DNA of 63,966 nucleotides, filler included, from Vicugna vicugna (lineage: Eukaryota), in the NCBI GenBank assembly GCA_013265495.1. It is 81 parts of 81 records of this genome, joined end to end, with 100 filler letters (N's around TTAATTAATTAA, not from the genome) between each part and the next. Parts side by side here need not be neighbours in the genome. Positions count along the whole stretch, not along the records: positions 13,207 to 13,900 come from MU059468.1; positions 14,001 to 14,699 come from MU059469.1; positions 14,800 to 15,784 come from PNXW01009506.1; positions 15,885 to 17,033 come from MU059471.1; positions 17,134 to 17,889 come from MU059472.1; positions 17,990 to 18,442 come from PNXW01009516.1; positions 18,543 to 19,054 come from MU059473.1; positions 19,155 to 19,686 come from PNXW01009519.1; 73 more parts are not named here. One strand, written 5' to 3'. Position numbers and translations under genes: made by a program. Below are positions 13,207-24,869 of this stretch, piece after piece (position 1 is the first letter of the stretch; every line of letters begins with the position of its first letter). Below the pieces are notes generated by a model. That model was not told where the DNA came from. It ran no database searches and worked only from the letters and a program-made list of their open reading frames with translations.

Positions 13207-13900
13207 CTAGGGGGGTTTGCAGGATATCCCAGTGACCGAGGCTGCCTCCCGTTGGTCAGGGAGGGTGTTTCTCGGACTTCCCCGAACAGGGAACACCTGT
13301 GAGTGAAGAGAGCTGCGTGGAGTTGTCTCTCGAGTTCCCCACGCACTGAAAATGGTTCCGGAATCCTGAGCGTGGGGAGGTTCCACCAGCGGTCGGCAGC
13401 AGGTGGGTTCTAACGGAATGAACAAGGTCGTCTCCCCTGAGGGTTTTCCTAATGTCTCTGTGCAGGGAATGGTAGGGGGGTTTGCAGGATATCCCAGTGA
13501 CAGAGGCTGCCTCCCCTTGGTCAGGGAAGGTATTTCTCGGACTTCCCCGAACAGGGAACACCTGTGACTGAAGAGAGCTGCGTGGANNNNNNNNNNNNNN
13601 NNNNNNNNNNNNNNNNNNNNNNNNNNNNNNNNNNNNNNNNNNNNNNNNNNNNNNNNNNNNNNNNNNNNNNNNNNNNNNNNNNNNNNNNNNNNNNNNNNNN
13701 NNNNNNNNNNNNNNNNNNNNNNNNNNNNNNNNNNNNNNNNNNNNNNNNNNNNNNNNNNNNNNNNNNNNNNNNNNNNNNNNNNNNNNNNNNNNNNNNNNNN
13801 NNNNNNNNNNNNNNNNNNNNNNNNNNNNNNNNNNNNNNNNNNNNNNNNNNTACGCAGTGACAATGGTTCCGGAATCCTGAGAGTGGTGAGGTTCCACCAA
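13207..13900 (+). repeat. Satellite E (homogeneous GC/CpG-rich 267-bp monomer)
   Basis: GAACACCTGTGA at 13291 and 13556 (265 bp; two 1-bp deletions relative to other copies). Confidence 0.93.
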
Positions 13901-14149
13901 NNNNNNNNNNNNNNNNNNNNNNNNNNNNNNNNNNNNNNNNNNNNTTAATTAATTAANNNNNNNNNNNNNNNNNNNNNNNNNNNNNNNNNNNNNNNNNNNN
14001 CTTATCAGTATACTTGGGGTGGAGGTGAAAAGTAGCCGAGGGGGGATGAGTAATCCAGAGTTGGTGCCCTCCTGCCCCTCTTCCCCCCACAGGCAGGCGG
14101 GGAGTGGAGGCAGGCAGTGGGGAGAGAGCTCATCCCAGCACGGTAGCTG

Positions 14150-14285
14150 CACCAACACTTGTTCTTACTTGTCTTTTTGATTATAGCCATTGCAGTGGGT
14201 GGCCTGGAACAGGTCTTCTCATTATGATTCTGATTTTCATTTTCCTAATGACTGTTGCTGCTGAACATGTTTCATGTGAGCATAC
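14150..14285 (-). mobile_element. Old LINE-1 ORF2 C-terminal fragment
   Basis: Translates to MAIIKKTSKNKCW, matching the L1 ORF2 cysteine-rich C-terminal region. Confidence 0.75.
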
Positions 14286-15422
14286 TTAAGATACGTGATT
14301 CTCATTAACAGTGAGAAAATGTAATTTGAGATAAAGCAAAGTCATCTTTGCTTTAGAGTTTAGAATTTCATCGTTTCCTAATAGGTTTATGTGTAGAGAA
14401 GAGAGNNNNNNNNNNNNNNNNNNNNNNNNNNNNNNNNNNNNNNNNNNNNNNNNNNNNNNNNNNNNNNNNNNNNNNNNNNNNNNNNNNNNNNNNNNNNNNN
14501 NNNNNNNNNNNNNNNNNNNNNNNNNNNNNNNNNNNNNNNNNNNNNNNNNNNNNNNNNNNNNNNNNNNNNNNNNCCAATTTCCTTTGTGTTTTGTTTTGTT
14601 TTGTTTGTTTTTTCATTTTGCCTGAATGGTGTAAGTTTTCAATCAGCTACATGATAGTGGTTTTTCTGTAGGATAGGTGAGTTTATGTAATTTGATTTGN
14701 NNNNNNNNNNNNNNNNNNNNNNNNNNNNNNNNNNNNNNNNNNNTTAATTAATTAANNNNNNNNNNNNNNNNNNNNNNNNNNNNNNNNNNNNNNNNNNNNC
14801 TCGGCCCCGCCCTCTGGCACAGCGCCAGCTCGGGAGGCCCTGCTGATCTACACCAGCCTGTATTCTAACCCTGATCTTGAGTTCTTAGCAAACTGCTTCA
14901 CTTATCCATACAAATCCAAGGTAGATTAGAAAGATGTTAGATATTTAGCTAGACTTTTGATTTGGGGATTTTGCACTAGCAACCTGCAAGTACATGTTCT
15001 AATAATTCTGTCTTCTAAAAACCACACCCAGATTTCAGTGGTATCTGTGGAATGCCTTCGGAATAAAAGAGGAACTGTACCAGACTTTATGTTTTATAAT
15101 ATGAACAACCTGGACAGGGTCACAAATGGAACCAACAAAAAAGTGACAAAAGACGGGTTAGAGGCATAAAGCAACATGTCGCAAGGATGGTAAGAGCAAA
15201 ATTGTTTCTCCAAACCCCCCTAAAAAGTGAAAGAACAGAAAATTCTGAATTTTGAAAGTTAAAGACTATCATATAAAGAAATAAAATAATCCTCTTCATC
15301 AGGGTTTCAAGATCTGACTGCAGAATTTTTAGCAGGGCACAGAAAAATCAGATGGAATAGTGGTGAGTAAGTTCCAGGAAAACGGCAGTAAAACCTCCAC
15401 TTGTAAGAAGACACACACCCAC

Positions 15423-15549
15423 TTGTCGAAGGTTATTGTAAACCACATTCTGGAGAAATTCAGAAGATTCTGGTTCCACTTCCAGATGGTGATGACACGG
15501 AAGGATGGCTTGGATGCATGCTTCTAACTCTGTCACCGGCATTCTTACA
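15423..15549 (-). CDS. Candidate internal coding exon (127 nt), gene unidentified
   Basis: Acceptor CTCTTTTTCCCCCTGCAG, open frame VRMPVTELEACIQAILPCHHHLEVEPESSEFLQNVVYNNLRQ, donor CAA|GTGGGT. Confidence 0.45.
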
Positions 15550-15884
15550 CTGCAGGGGGAAAAAGAGTCCCTCAGCCAAGAGCAGAGATGTTCCTGTCGT
15601 GTCTCGCAGGCCGTGCCTCTGGGACTCAGTGTCCTGTAGCAGCCCAGCCCCAGGTGAGGACCCGCAGCGTGGCCACCCAAAGCAGGAGGGGCACTGTGCT
15701 TGAGAAAACCCACCCCTGATGGGGGCTAGAGGGGCTGGTGGGGTTGAGTGAACTTATAAATGCCCACAGAAATACACCTGCATTNNNNNNNNNNNNNNNN
15801 NNNNNNNNNNNNNNNNNNNNNNNNNNNNTTAATTAATTAANNNNNNNNNNNNNNNNNNNNNNNNNNNNNNNNNNNNNNNNNNNN

Positions 15885-16612
15885 CCATTACTATGCTTAT
15901 ATGGCACAATAACATCGTTTTTCATTACATCTGCTGTCACCATGCTCAGCACCCATTCTATATGAGCTGGCATAACACCTACCATCAGTGCTCCCGCCTG
16001 TGTGGCTACACCGGGACCATCAGTAACAGCTGTGGGATCCAACGCCTACGGTACTGATTATGTACAAAATCTTAACCTTCTTCAAGGCTAAAACTCATTA
16101 TTCCAAACATTATATTAATACAATTAACATGATTACCAAAAATTATACCCTCTGAATTAACACTAAACCTTATGGTCTATTAACCAGCCTTATCAGCTCA
16201 TTCTTCCTGAATCAACTGACACTAGCATTCACTTTTCACTAGCCTCCTGTTAGTGCCTCCACTTGCATCAACAACTTCTCTTCTTCCACCAGCACACACA
16301 GCCAGCCGATTTCATCCATCCCAGCAATCATTAATCCCCAAAACAATATCATCACAAGTACCCTTACTACAAACATCCTTAGGCTTTTACACTTCACAAC
16401 TGACCACATTCTAGAGTTTAATCAAAACAGCATGAGTCAAAACCCTAATCATTTACTACCCACTAAGAAAATCAGACAAGATGATTTAATTCAGGACTCT
16501 GTTTCTTACTGTATGTACTCCTTGGATCACTTCCACTTGTCACTACACTAATTTTTACCCAGAATCTTGTAGGTTCCTTACATTTTATAATAATTCAACA
16601 CTAAACTCAGGC
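15885..16612 (+). pseudogene. MT-ND4L/MT-ND4: NUMT: degenerate mitochondrial ND4L 3' part and ND4 5' part
   Basis: TCCAACGCCTACGGTACTGATTATGTACAAAATCTTAACCTTCTTCAAGGCTAA matches the ND4L end (SNxYGTDYVQNLNLLQ). The 7-nt ND4L/ND4 overlap ATGCTAA appears as AGGCTAA (16085-16091). Downstream sequence is colinear with ND4 but has many indels. Confidence 0.92.
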
Positions 16613-17133
16613 AGCANNNNNNNNNNNNNNNNNNNNNNNNNNNNNNNNNNNNNNNNNNNNNNNNNNNNNNNNNNNNNNNNNNNNNNNNNNNNNNNNNNNN
16701 NNNNNNNNNNNNNNNNNNNNNNNNNNNNNNNNNNNNNNNNNNNNNNNNNNNNNNNNNNNNNNNNNNNNNNNNNNNNNNNNNNNNNNNNNNNNNNNNNNNN
16801 NNNNNNNNNNNNNNNNNNNNNNNNNNNNNNNNNNNNNNNNNNNNNNNNNNNNNNNNNNNNNNNNNNNNNNNNNNNNNNNNNNNNNNNNNNNTGCCAGACA
16901 GCTTACAGCCGCTCCCTGCAGGGCTCCCCACCAGCCACACACAGAAGGAGCTGTGGGCATCCGTGCTCAGAAGCATGGTGTCACAGCAGTGCTCCAGCCC
17001 TGACAACCGCCCACGCCTTAAGTCATGGTCTGANNNNNNNNNNNNNNNNNNNNNNNNNNNNNNNNNNNNNNNNNNNNTTAATTAATTAANNNNNNNNNNN
17101 NNNNNNNNNNNNNNNNNNNNNNNNNNNNNNNNN

Positions 17134-17889
17134 TTATTTGTAATTCATGAGTTATCACCTTTCCAGTTGTACATTCCTTATTTCTGTAGCATCCTGCTTC
17201 TTTTCTATTTAGAGTATCCCTTTCAATATTTCTTTTAGCATGGATTTAGTGTTGCTAAACTCCTGCGGCTTTTTTTTTTTGTCTGTGAAACTCTTTATTT
17301 CTCCTTCTATCCTAAAGGATAGCCTTGGTGGATAAAGTATCCTAGGCTGCANNNNNNNNNNNNNNNNNNNNNNNNNNNNNNNNNNNNNNNNNNNGTAGTG
17401 TTTGAGAAATCAGCTGAGAGCCTTATGGGGGTTCCCTTGTAATTCACTCTTTGCTTTTCTCTTGCTGCCTTTAGAATCATCTCTTTATCCTTGACTCTGG
17501 CCATCTTGATTATGTTATGTCTTGGTGTGGGTCTTCTTGGGTTCTTCCTGTTTGGGACCCTCTGAGCTTCCTGTACTTCTATATCTGATTCCTTCTTTAA
17601 GTTTGGGAAGTTTTCAGTCATGGTTTCTTCAAGAACCTTTTCAATCCCCTTTGATCTTTCTTCCCCTTCTGGGACCCCTATTATGTGAAGATTGGGATGC
17701 TTTATATTATCCCATAGTTCCCTTATGCTATTAAGCTTTATATTATCCCATAGTTCCCTTATGCTATTATCATTATTTTTTATTTGCTTATCTTGTAGTT
17801 CTTCTGAATGGGTTATTTCTGTTGCCCTGTCTTCTAGGTCACTGATTCGTTCCTCTGCATTAACTAGTCAGCTTTGCACAGCTGTTAGA
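17134..17889 (-). mobile_element. LINE-1 ORF1 and inter-ORF region
   Basis: ORF 17307-17621: ENFPNLKK...QEAQRVP...PTPRHNIIKM...ILKAAREK...YKGTPIRLSADFS. Confidence 0.95.
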
Positions 17890-18734
17890 NNNNNNNNNNN
17901 NNNNNNNNNNNNNNNNNNNNNNNNNNNNNNNNNTTAATTAATTAANNNNNNNNNNNNNNNNNNNNNNNNNNNNNNNNNNNNNNNNNNNNTATTACTAATA
18001 TGATTTTATTCACAATAAACCCCAAATCAATTTTTGTAACTTCTAATATTTTGGAGATATGATCTTTTAATCTAGAATCATGTGATTGAAGCAACTTTTA
18101 TATCTTTCAGGAGTTTTTATTTTTATTTATTTGATAGTTCCTACTATCCTTTTGTTAGGCTACTCTTAGATATTTTACCTTGGTTGTTATCCTTGGAAAA
18201 TTTTAGAATCCTTAATGTCTCCATCTGATCTCTTAATCAGACCCTGGAGAATCCTAAACCACTGATCTGATTTGAACAAATGAGGTGAAAAGAATTGGGG
18301 GAAGCATTGTGATCAGAAGAGACTGTGGTATCTCCAGAGTGGCGCCCAGCTTTGGCTCAGAAGTTCTCTGGAAAAAGTTTTCTCTATGAGACTACTGAGT
18401 TCCCAGCTTCACTTTCAGTTTTCTCAGCATTTCACATTAGATNNNNNNNNNNNNNNNNNNNNNNNNNNNNNNNNNNNNNNNNNNNNTTAATTAATTAANN
18501 NNNNNNNNNNNNNNNNNNNNNNNNNNNNNNNNNNNNNNNNNNAGAATATATTTTCCTAAGATTCACAAATATCTGTTAATTTATATTGAAAAATGCTATA
18601 TTTAAGAAATGGAATAATTATTTACCTTTAAAAAGTAATTTAAGTCAAGAAATATTTTATAATGAATGTTTACTATGAGTTCAAGTATGTAAGCTTCATT
18701 TTTGTGATACTGTCAATAAACCACACAACATGAG

Positions 18735-19053
18735 TGTTGTGGGTTGTTTTATCTGGGGCGGGGCNNNNNNNNNNNNNNNNNNNNNNNNNNNNNNNNNNNN
18801 NNNNNNNNNNNNNNNNNNNNNNNNNNNNNNNNNNNNNNNNNNNNNNNNNNNNNNNNNNNNNNNNNNNNNNNNNNTTAAGGCAGAGGCTGCTGCTAGTCGA
18901 GGAGCAGGTGTCTCTGTTAATGATTTTAGTGCTTTTCTAGATAGGAGGAGATGAAAGAATTTGGGCCCTTAAAATTTCCTGAAAATGTCTAACTATCTGA
19001 AGGCTTTTATGCCCATTTTCCCAGAGCACAGAGCACCCCATTCCTGATCTCCA
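18735..19053 (-). mobile_element. ERV1 LTR, MER41-like (cetartiodactyl)
   Basis: AATGATTTTAGTGCTTTTCTAGAT...CTAACTATCTGAAGGC...CCCAGAGCACAGAG..CATTCCTGATCTCCA resembles the MER41_BT-type LTR as recalled. Confidence 0.65.
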
Positions 19054-19154
19054 ANNNNNNNNNNNNNNNNNNNNNNNNNNNNNNNNNNNNNNNNNNNNTT
19101 AATTAATTAANNNNNNNNNNNNNNNNNNNNNNNNNNNNNNNNNNNNNNNNNNNN

Positions 19155-19635
19155 CTCCATTTCCCCAAGCTACCTCAGTGCAGCCATCCCCATCTGCCAC
19201 CCAGCTTGTGCAGCATGGCCTTGCACTCAGCTGCCAAGTTTCATCTTGGGGTTGGTGACACAGGGATCCCCTGTTCCTTTTTAACTTAGTTCTGTCAGTC
19301 AACTTATTCTCTGTAGAGATCCAATCATTGGAGGCTCCCCTTTCATTCTGCAGAACTCTCAGTTGGAGAGGGGAGACACTGTGAGTGAGCACCAGTGCTT
19401 CTAAGATGCTCCCTCCCCGTGGGAACTGTCCCAATCTGTGTTGCCTTTTTTTCTTCCTGTCCTCCTTTTCTTCTTCCAGATTTTTTGCATTTTTATCTTT
19501 TGAAGAGGACAATGTTCCATCAGAGTTCAGCAGGTCCTCTGTTTAGCTGATTGGGTCTGTGGATGAGTCTTGGTGCATTTGTGAGAAAGGGTGAGCTACA
19601 AGCATCCTTCCCCTCCAACATACTGGCCTCCCCTC
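19155..19635 (-). mobile_element. Degenerate LINE-1 5'UTR
   Basis: Ends in GCATTTGTGAGAAAGGGTGAGCTAC..ATCCTTCCCCTCCAACATACTGG, resembling the reverse complement of a laurasiatherian L1 5' start. Confidence 0.55.
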
Positions 19636-20584
19636 ACTGGCCTCCCCTCCAAAAAAGTCTCACTTTATGGTGGAAGATAAACACAGNNNNNNNNNNNNNN
19701 NNNNNNNNNNNNNNNNNNNNNNNNNNNNNNTTAATTAATTAANNNNNNNNNNNNNNNNNNNNNNNNNNNNNNNNNNNNNNNNNNNNCACACTGAAAATAC
19801 TATGCATCCTAAATACTCAAAAACATTGCAAGCCGTGTTTACATAGACAATATTATTCAATTTTTATTAAAAAAACTTTCCTTAAAAAGACATCATAGAA
19901 GCTGACCATATTGCAATGTCAGATCTACAGAGTATGTCCATGATTCATATCTATGTGGTTCCTATTGCAAAAGATAGACAGTATTTGGTCTCATTAAAAT
20001 TTAAATGAGATCCAAGTTTAAAATTGGAATACTCCATCCTTTTATAGTTTTGTTAAAATAGTGAACCTTATTACGTTTTTAAAACTTAGAAGGAAACTAC
20101 GAAATTCACTGTGAGAGGCAATTTACTTAAAGTGTCAAAAATTGTATTTACTAGCATGAGCATGACATTAAACAGCTAGCTTTTCCCTCTGGGGTGGCAG
20201 GAGGGCCCGGAGGAAGACCAGTGCTTTGCTAGCATGGACATGGGCAAGGGGCGGGGGAGGGTTTTACACATTTTGTCTCATGTCATCCTAAGAACNNNNN
20301 NNNNNNNNNNNNNNNNNNNNNNNNNNNNNNNNNNNNNNNTTAATTAATTAANNNNNNNNNNNNNNNNNNNNNNNNNNNNNNNNNNNNNNNNNNNNTGGGA
20401 TGTGTTCACAGTGGGGAAACTGAGTGCTTGGGAGCACCTATCAGGGGCCTCTGGTGTGGTCTGTGTGCTTGCGAGTGGGGTTAGTGAGATGTAGCCAGGG
20501 TGGTTTTCTTCAGAGGTTTGAATATGGTTACAGGATGAGGCAGCATTATCATTCTGCTATTTCTGAAATGGAGAGGCAAAAAAA

Positions 20585-20618
<34 letters not shown>
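20585..20618 (+). repeat. Compound (TA)n(TG)n microsatellite
   Basis: Direct reading. Confidence 0.9.
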
Positions 20619-21328
20619 AAAATTCACTAAAACAGAACCAATATCACCCAAGCGTCTTCTGAAAAGAAAAGCAGATTGTTTTAAAAACAGTTATAATTTA
20701 GATGGTCAGACAATGAAGGAAACCAAGGAAACCCCCACTGAAAAGAACCCCCAGTGACTCTGTGGTCAGAGAACAACCTGCTGTCCAGAACCTGCCTCTC
20801 CCGATACCGTACTCTTTCATGCCTTTGCGTCTTTGCTGGCCTGTTACNNNNNNNNNNNNNNNNNNNNNNNNNNNNNNNNNNNNNNNNNNNNTTAATTAAT
20901 TAANNNNNNNNNNNNNNNNNNNNNNNNNNNNNNNNNNNNNNNNNNNNGCTGTCTAAAAGATTTTAATATCATCGAAGAGCCATGCGATGATGTTTTTCCC
21001 CATTACATGTTTACAAGGTTTAACATGTGTGCATTAAAGGTAATCTGTGCTTCTTTTCAGAGGTATGTGGTGAACACGGATTCACGTAGTTCCATGAAGG
21101 AAAGCAGTGATGATAGAACTGAGACGACTCCCTTCCTCTTCAACTTTTCTATCCTACTCTCTTGCAATGTTTCTGCCATGGAAGCCTCTACAACTCCCCT
21201 GTTTTGTGCTGTGTCTCCTACCCTCTAAGATCTAATGCAAGAGTTGTCTTTTTCATGGTAATAATCACGAGTCCTTCTTTCTTCCTCAGAACCAAGGCAG
21301 CGGAGTTTGTTGTCATGCTGTCACTCAC

Positions 21329-21440
21329 CCTTGCGGGTGTAACGGGCATTTGTGTCCACTGTGCTCTCCTCTGCTGGGGGGAGCCTCCTCCCCGCTGGTT
21401 TCCTGTTCTCATATTGAGGGACTGCTGTTAGTGAGCTGTC
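21329..21440 (-). CDS. Candidate internal coding exon (112 nt), gene unidentified
   Basis: Acceptor CACTCTTTCAAG, only one open frame (DSSLTAVPQYENRKPAGRRLPPAEESTVDTNARYTRK), strong donor AGG|GTGAGT. Confidence 0.45.
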
Positions 21441-21826
21441 CTTGAAAGAGTGACAACATAATTGATGAATTTGGGATAAAACCTAAGTTGGGCCAGCCAG
21501 GCTTCGGGAAGCACAGGGCGTGGTCTGCTCTTCTGTCTTGCGGAAGCCGACTGCTTCGCTCCTCAAGAGTTGCCTGTGCCTTTTTTAAGTTGTCTGTGAT
21601 TAGATGAACCTATCAATTCTGGGATGCAGCATTAAAAAGAACATGACTGTCATACAGCTAATTCAGATTTTCCAAATTAGTAACGAGTTGGTGTTTTGAT
21701 CTCCTTCTGTCTGATTCCTTTGTCTCNNNNNNNNNNNNNNNNNNNNNNNNNNNNNNNNNNNNNNNNNNNNTTAATTAATTAANNNNNNNNNNNNNNNNNN
21801 NNNNNNNNNNNNNNNNNNNNNNNNNN

Positions 21827-22578
21827 ATCCCAGTGAAAGAGGCTGCCTCCCCAAGGTAAGGGAAGTTATTTATCGGACTTCACCGAACATGGAATACCTG
21901 TGACTGAAGAGAGTTCGTGGAGTTGTCTCTCGAGCTCCCCTACGCACTGACAACGGCTGCGGAATCCTGAGCGTGGGGAGGTTCCACCAACGGTCGGCAG
22001 CGCGTGGGTTCTAACGGAATGCCTAAGCTCGTCTCCCCTGAGGTTTTCCTAATGTCTCTGTGCCAGGGAATNNNNNNNNNNNNNNNNNNNNNNNNNNNNN
22101 NNNNNNNNNNNNNNNNNNGTATTTCTCGGACTTCCCCAAACAGGGAACACCTGTGACTGAAGAGAGCTGCGTGGAGTTGTCTCTCGAGCTCCCCCACGCA
22201 CTGACAATGGTTCTGGAATCCTGAGCGTGGGGTGGTTCCACCAACGGTCTTCATCGCGTGGGTTCTAACGGAATGCTTAAGCTCGTCTCCCCTGAGGGTT
22301 TTCCTAATGTCTCTGTGCCAGGGAATGCTAGGGGTGATTGCAGGATTTCACAGTGACCGAGGCTTACTCCCCAAGGTCATGGAAGGTATTTCTCGGACTT
22401 CCCCGAACAGGGAACACCTGTGACTGAAGAGAGCTGCTTGGAGTTTTCCCTCGAGGTCCCCCACGCACTGACAATGTTTCCGGAATCCTGACAGTGGGAA
22501 GGTTATACCAACGGTCGGTAGCGCGTGGGTACAAACGGAATGCTTAAACTAGTCTCCCCTGAGGCTTCTCCTAATTTC
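21827..22578 (+). repeat. Satellite E
   Basis: CTGTGACTGAAGAGAG at 22151 and 22418 (267 bp). Confidence 0.94.
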
Positions 22579-22678
22579 NNNNNNNNNNNNNNNNNNNNNN
22601 NNNNNNNNNNNNNNNNNNNNNNTTAATTAATTAANNNNNNNNNNNNNNNNNNNNNNNNNNNNNNNNNNNNNNNNNNNN

Positions 22679-23575
22679 CCTGGGAGGTGGGGCGGTTAGG
22701 TCAGGGGGCGGCGGCAGCGACAGGGGGACGGAGCGGGGCTGCCCCTGGCGAACTGGTGGAATAGCTGCCTTGACCCGGCTGCCGGGCCTGGGAGAGGCCT
22801 GTGCTGCCCCAGGTCGCCGGACACGCCGGACACGCCCCCACTCAGCAAGCTGTGTGGGGAGTGGGGGCGGTGCCATTAAGGTGAGAGGCCCACGGGGGGA
22901 GGGGGGCTGCCGCGCGGAAGCCGCTCAATTCGCTCCGCTCTCTCCCGCGGCGGAGCCTGGGAGCGGCCTCCGCTGCCCTAGAGGCGGGACGCCAGTCTCC
23001 AGGTGAGCTTGCTCCTGGGAGGCGGGGCAACGGCAGCAGGGGGAGGGGATCCGTTCCAGGGAGCTGCTCCATTTCTTCTCTCTCTCGCGGCCTGGCCTGG
23101 GGGCGACCTCTGCCGCCGGAGATTTGCCTGAGGTCCGACTCCAGGTGAGCTTGCTCCTGGGAGATGGGTGCGGTGCGGTCAGGGGGCTGGTAAGTTGGTG
23201 GCTGCGGGGATAGGGAGGCTGCCCCGGGGGAGCTTGTGGATTAGCTCCCATGTCTTTGCAGCGTGGCCTGCAGGAGGCCTCTGCTGCGCCAGGTACCGGG
23301 ACACCCCTGTCCCACTTTATCAGGAGGCAGGGAAGTCAGGGTGCAGGGGTGGCAGGAGTTGGGGGCCTGCAGCGGGGGAGCAGGCCCATTTGCTCCCATC
23401 TTCCCCGCGGCTTGTCCTGGGGGCGGTCTCTGTTGCCCTGGGTTACGGGACACGTGTATCCAAGTCAGCCTGACCCCGTGAGGCAGGCGTGGTACGTTGG
23501 GTGTGGTGGCAGCAGCGGCAGGTTTTCCCTTGGAGCTGGTCCATTTGCTCCCATTTCCCCCCATGGTTTGCCCTG
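22679..23575 (+). promoter_or_regulatory. GC/CpG-rich island-like fragment, possible promoter and non-coding first exon(s)
   Basis: High GC with many CpGs, GC boxes (GGGCGG), an ETS-like CGGAAG at ~22915, and splice-donor-like AG|GTGAG at ~22880, 23003 and 23145. Confidence 0.5.
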
Positions 23576-23719
23576 NNNNNNNNNNNNNNNNNNNNNNNNN
23601 NNNNNNNNNNNNNNNNNNNTTAATTAATTAANNNNNNNNNNNNNNNNNNNNNNNNNNNNNNNNNNNNNNNNNNNNCTCTGCAACTGCAAAAACCCATCAC
23701 TAAGCACTTGGAAGTTCTG

Positions 23720-23866
23720 GTCAATCACATAGTCAATGAAAAGCCCACATATTGATATAATGTAGAGCAACAATAGAAAACTAAGACAGAGAAAATTCTT
23801 TAAAGAAGACGGAGAAGATAACAGACTCCTTAGACTGACAGTTGACTTCAGTGTGATGCATGCGTG

Positions 23867-23900
<34 letters not shown>

Positions 23901-24769
23901 GCAGGAAATAGTGGTATGAAACTTTGANNNNNNNNNNNNNNNNNNNNNNNNNNNNNNNNNNNNNNNNNNNNNNNNNNNNNNNNNNNNNNNNNNNNNNNNN
24001 NNNNNNNNNNNNNNNNNNNNNNNNNNNNNNNNNNNNNNNNNNNNNNNNNNNNNNNNNNNNNNNNNNNNNNNNNNNNNNNNNNNNNNNNNNNNNNNNNNNN
24101 NNNNNNNNNNNNNNNNNNNNNNNNNNNNNNNNNNNNNNNNNNNNNNNNNNNNNNNNNNNNNNNNNNNNNNNNNNNNNNNNNNNNNNNNNNNNNNNNNNNN
24201 NNNNNNNNNNNNNNNNNNNNNNNNNNNNNNNNNNNNNNNNNNNNNNNNNNNNNNNNNNNNNNNNNNNNNNNNNNNNNNNNNNNNNNNNNNNNNNNNNNNN
24301 NNNNNNNNNNNNNNNNNNNNNNNGAAAATTCAGGGAGGAAAATGTACAGATAGATATAAACAAACCCAAGGGAGCAGGAAAGGAAAGGAAAGAAAAAGAA
24401 AGATGAAAGAGGATGATGAATAGAAAGAACAAAATAAGATGTTACTTTTAACATGAACACATTAATAACTATATCAAATGTAAAATAATTAAATGCTTTA
24501 GTTATATGGCAAATAGTAGTAAATTGGACTTTTAAAACATTCAACTGTTTCTTTACAAAGGTAACATCTAAAACATAAAGATACAGAAAGACTGTAAGTA
24601 AAAGGAATAAAAGTAATATGCTGTGTGAACACTAACCCAAAAAGAGCTAGTGTGGGTATGTTAATATCAGACAAAATAGATTTTAAAGTAAAAAACTATT
24701 ACTAGAGATTAAGAGAGTTATTATAAGATAATACAAAGTTCAACTTACCAAGGAGATGTAACAATTTAA
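23720..24769 (+). mobile_element. Old LINE-1 (ORF1 remnant, (CA)n at 23871-23898, gap, ORF2 endonuclease remnant)
   Basis: 24460-24769 matches the EN region (ATATCAGACAAAATAGATTTTAAAG); 23740-23850 is ORF1-like (TTAGACTGACAGTTGACTTC). Confidence 0.75.
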
Positions 24770-24869
24770 NNNNNNNNNNNNNNNNNNNNNNNNNNNNNNN
24801 NNNNNNNNNNNNNTTAATTAATTAANNNNNNNNNNNNNNNNNNNNNNNNNNNNNNNNNNNNNNNNNNNN

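Noticed and set aside
22631..23627. Overlapping Pro/Gly/Arg/Ala-rich ORFs
   Set aside because: Expected in GC-rich DNA with few stops; no recognisable protein.
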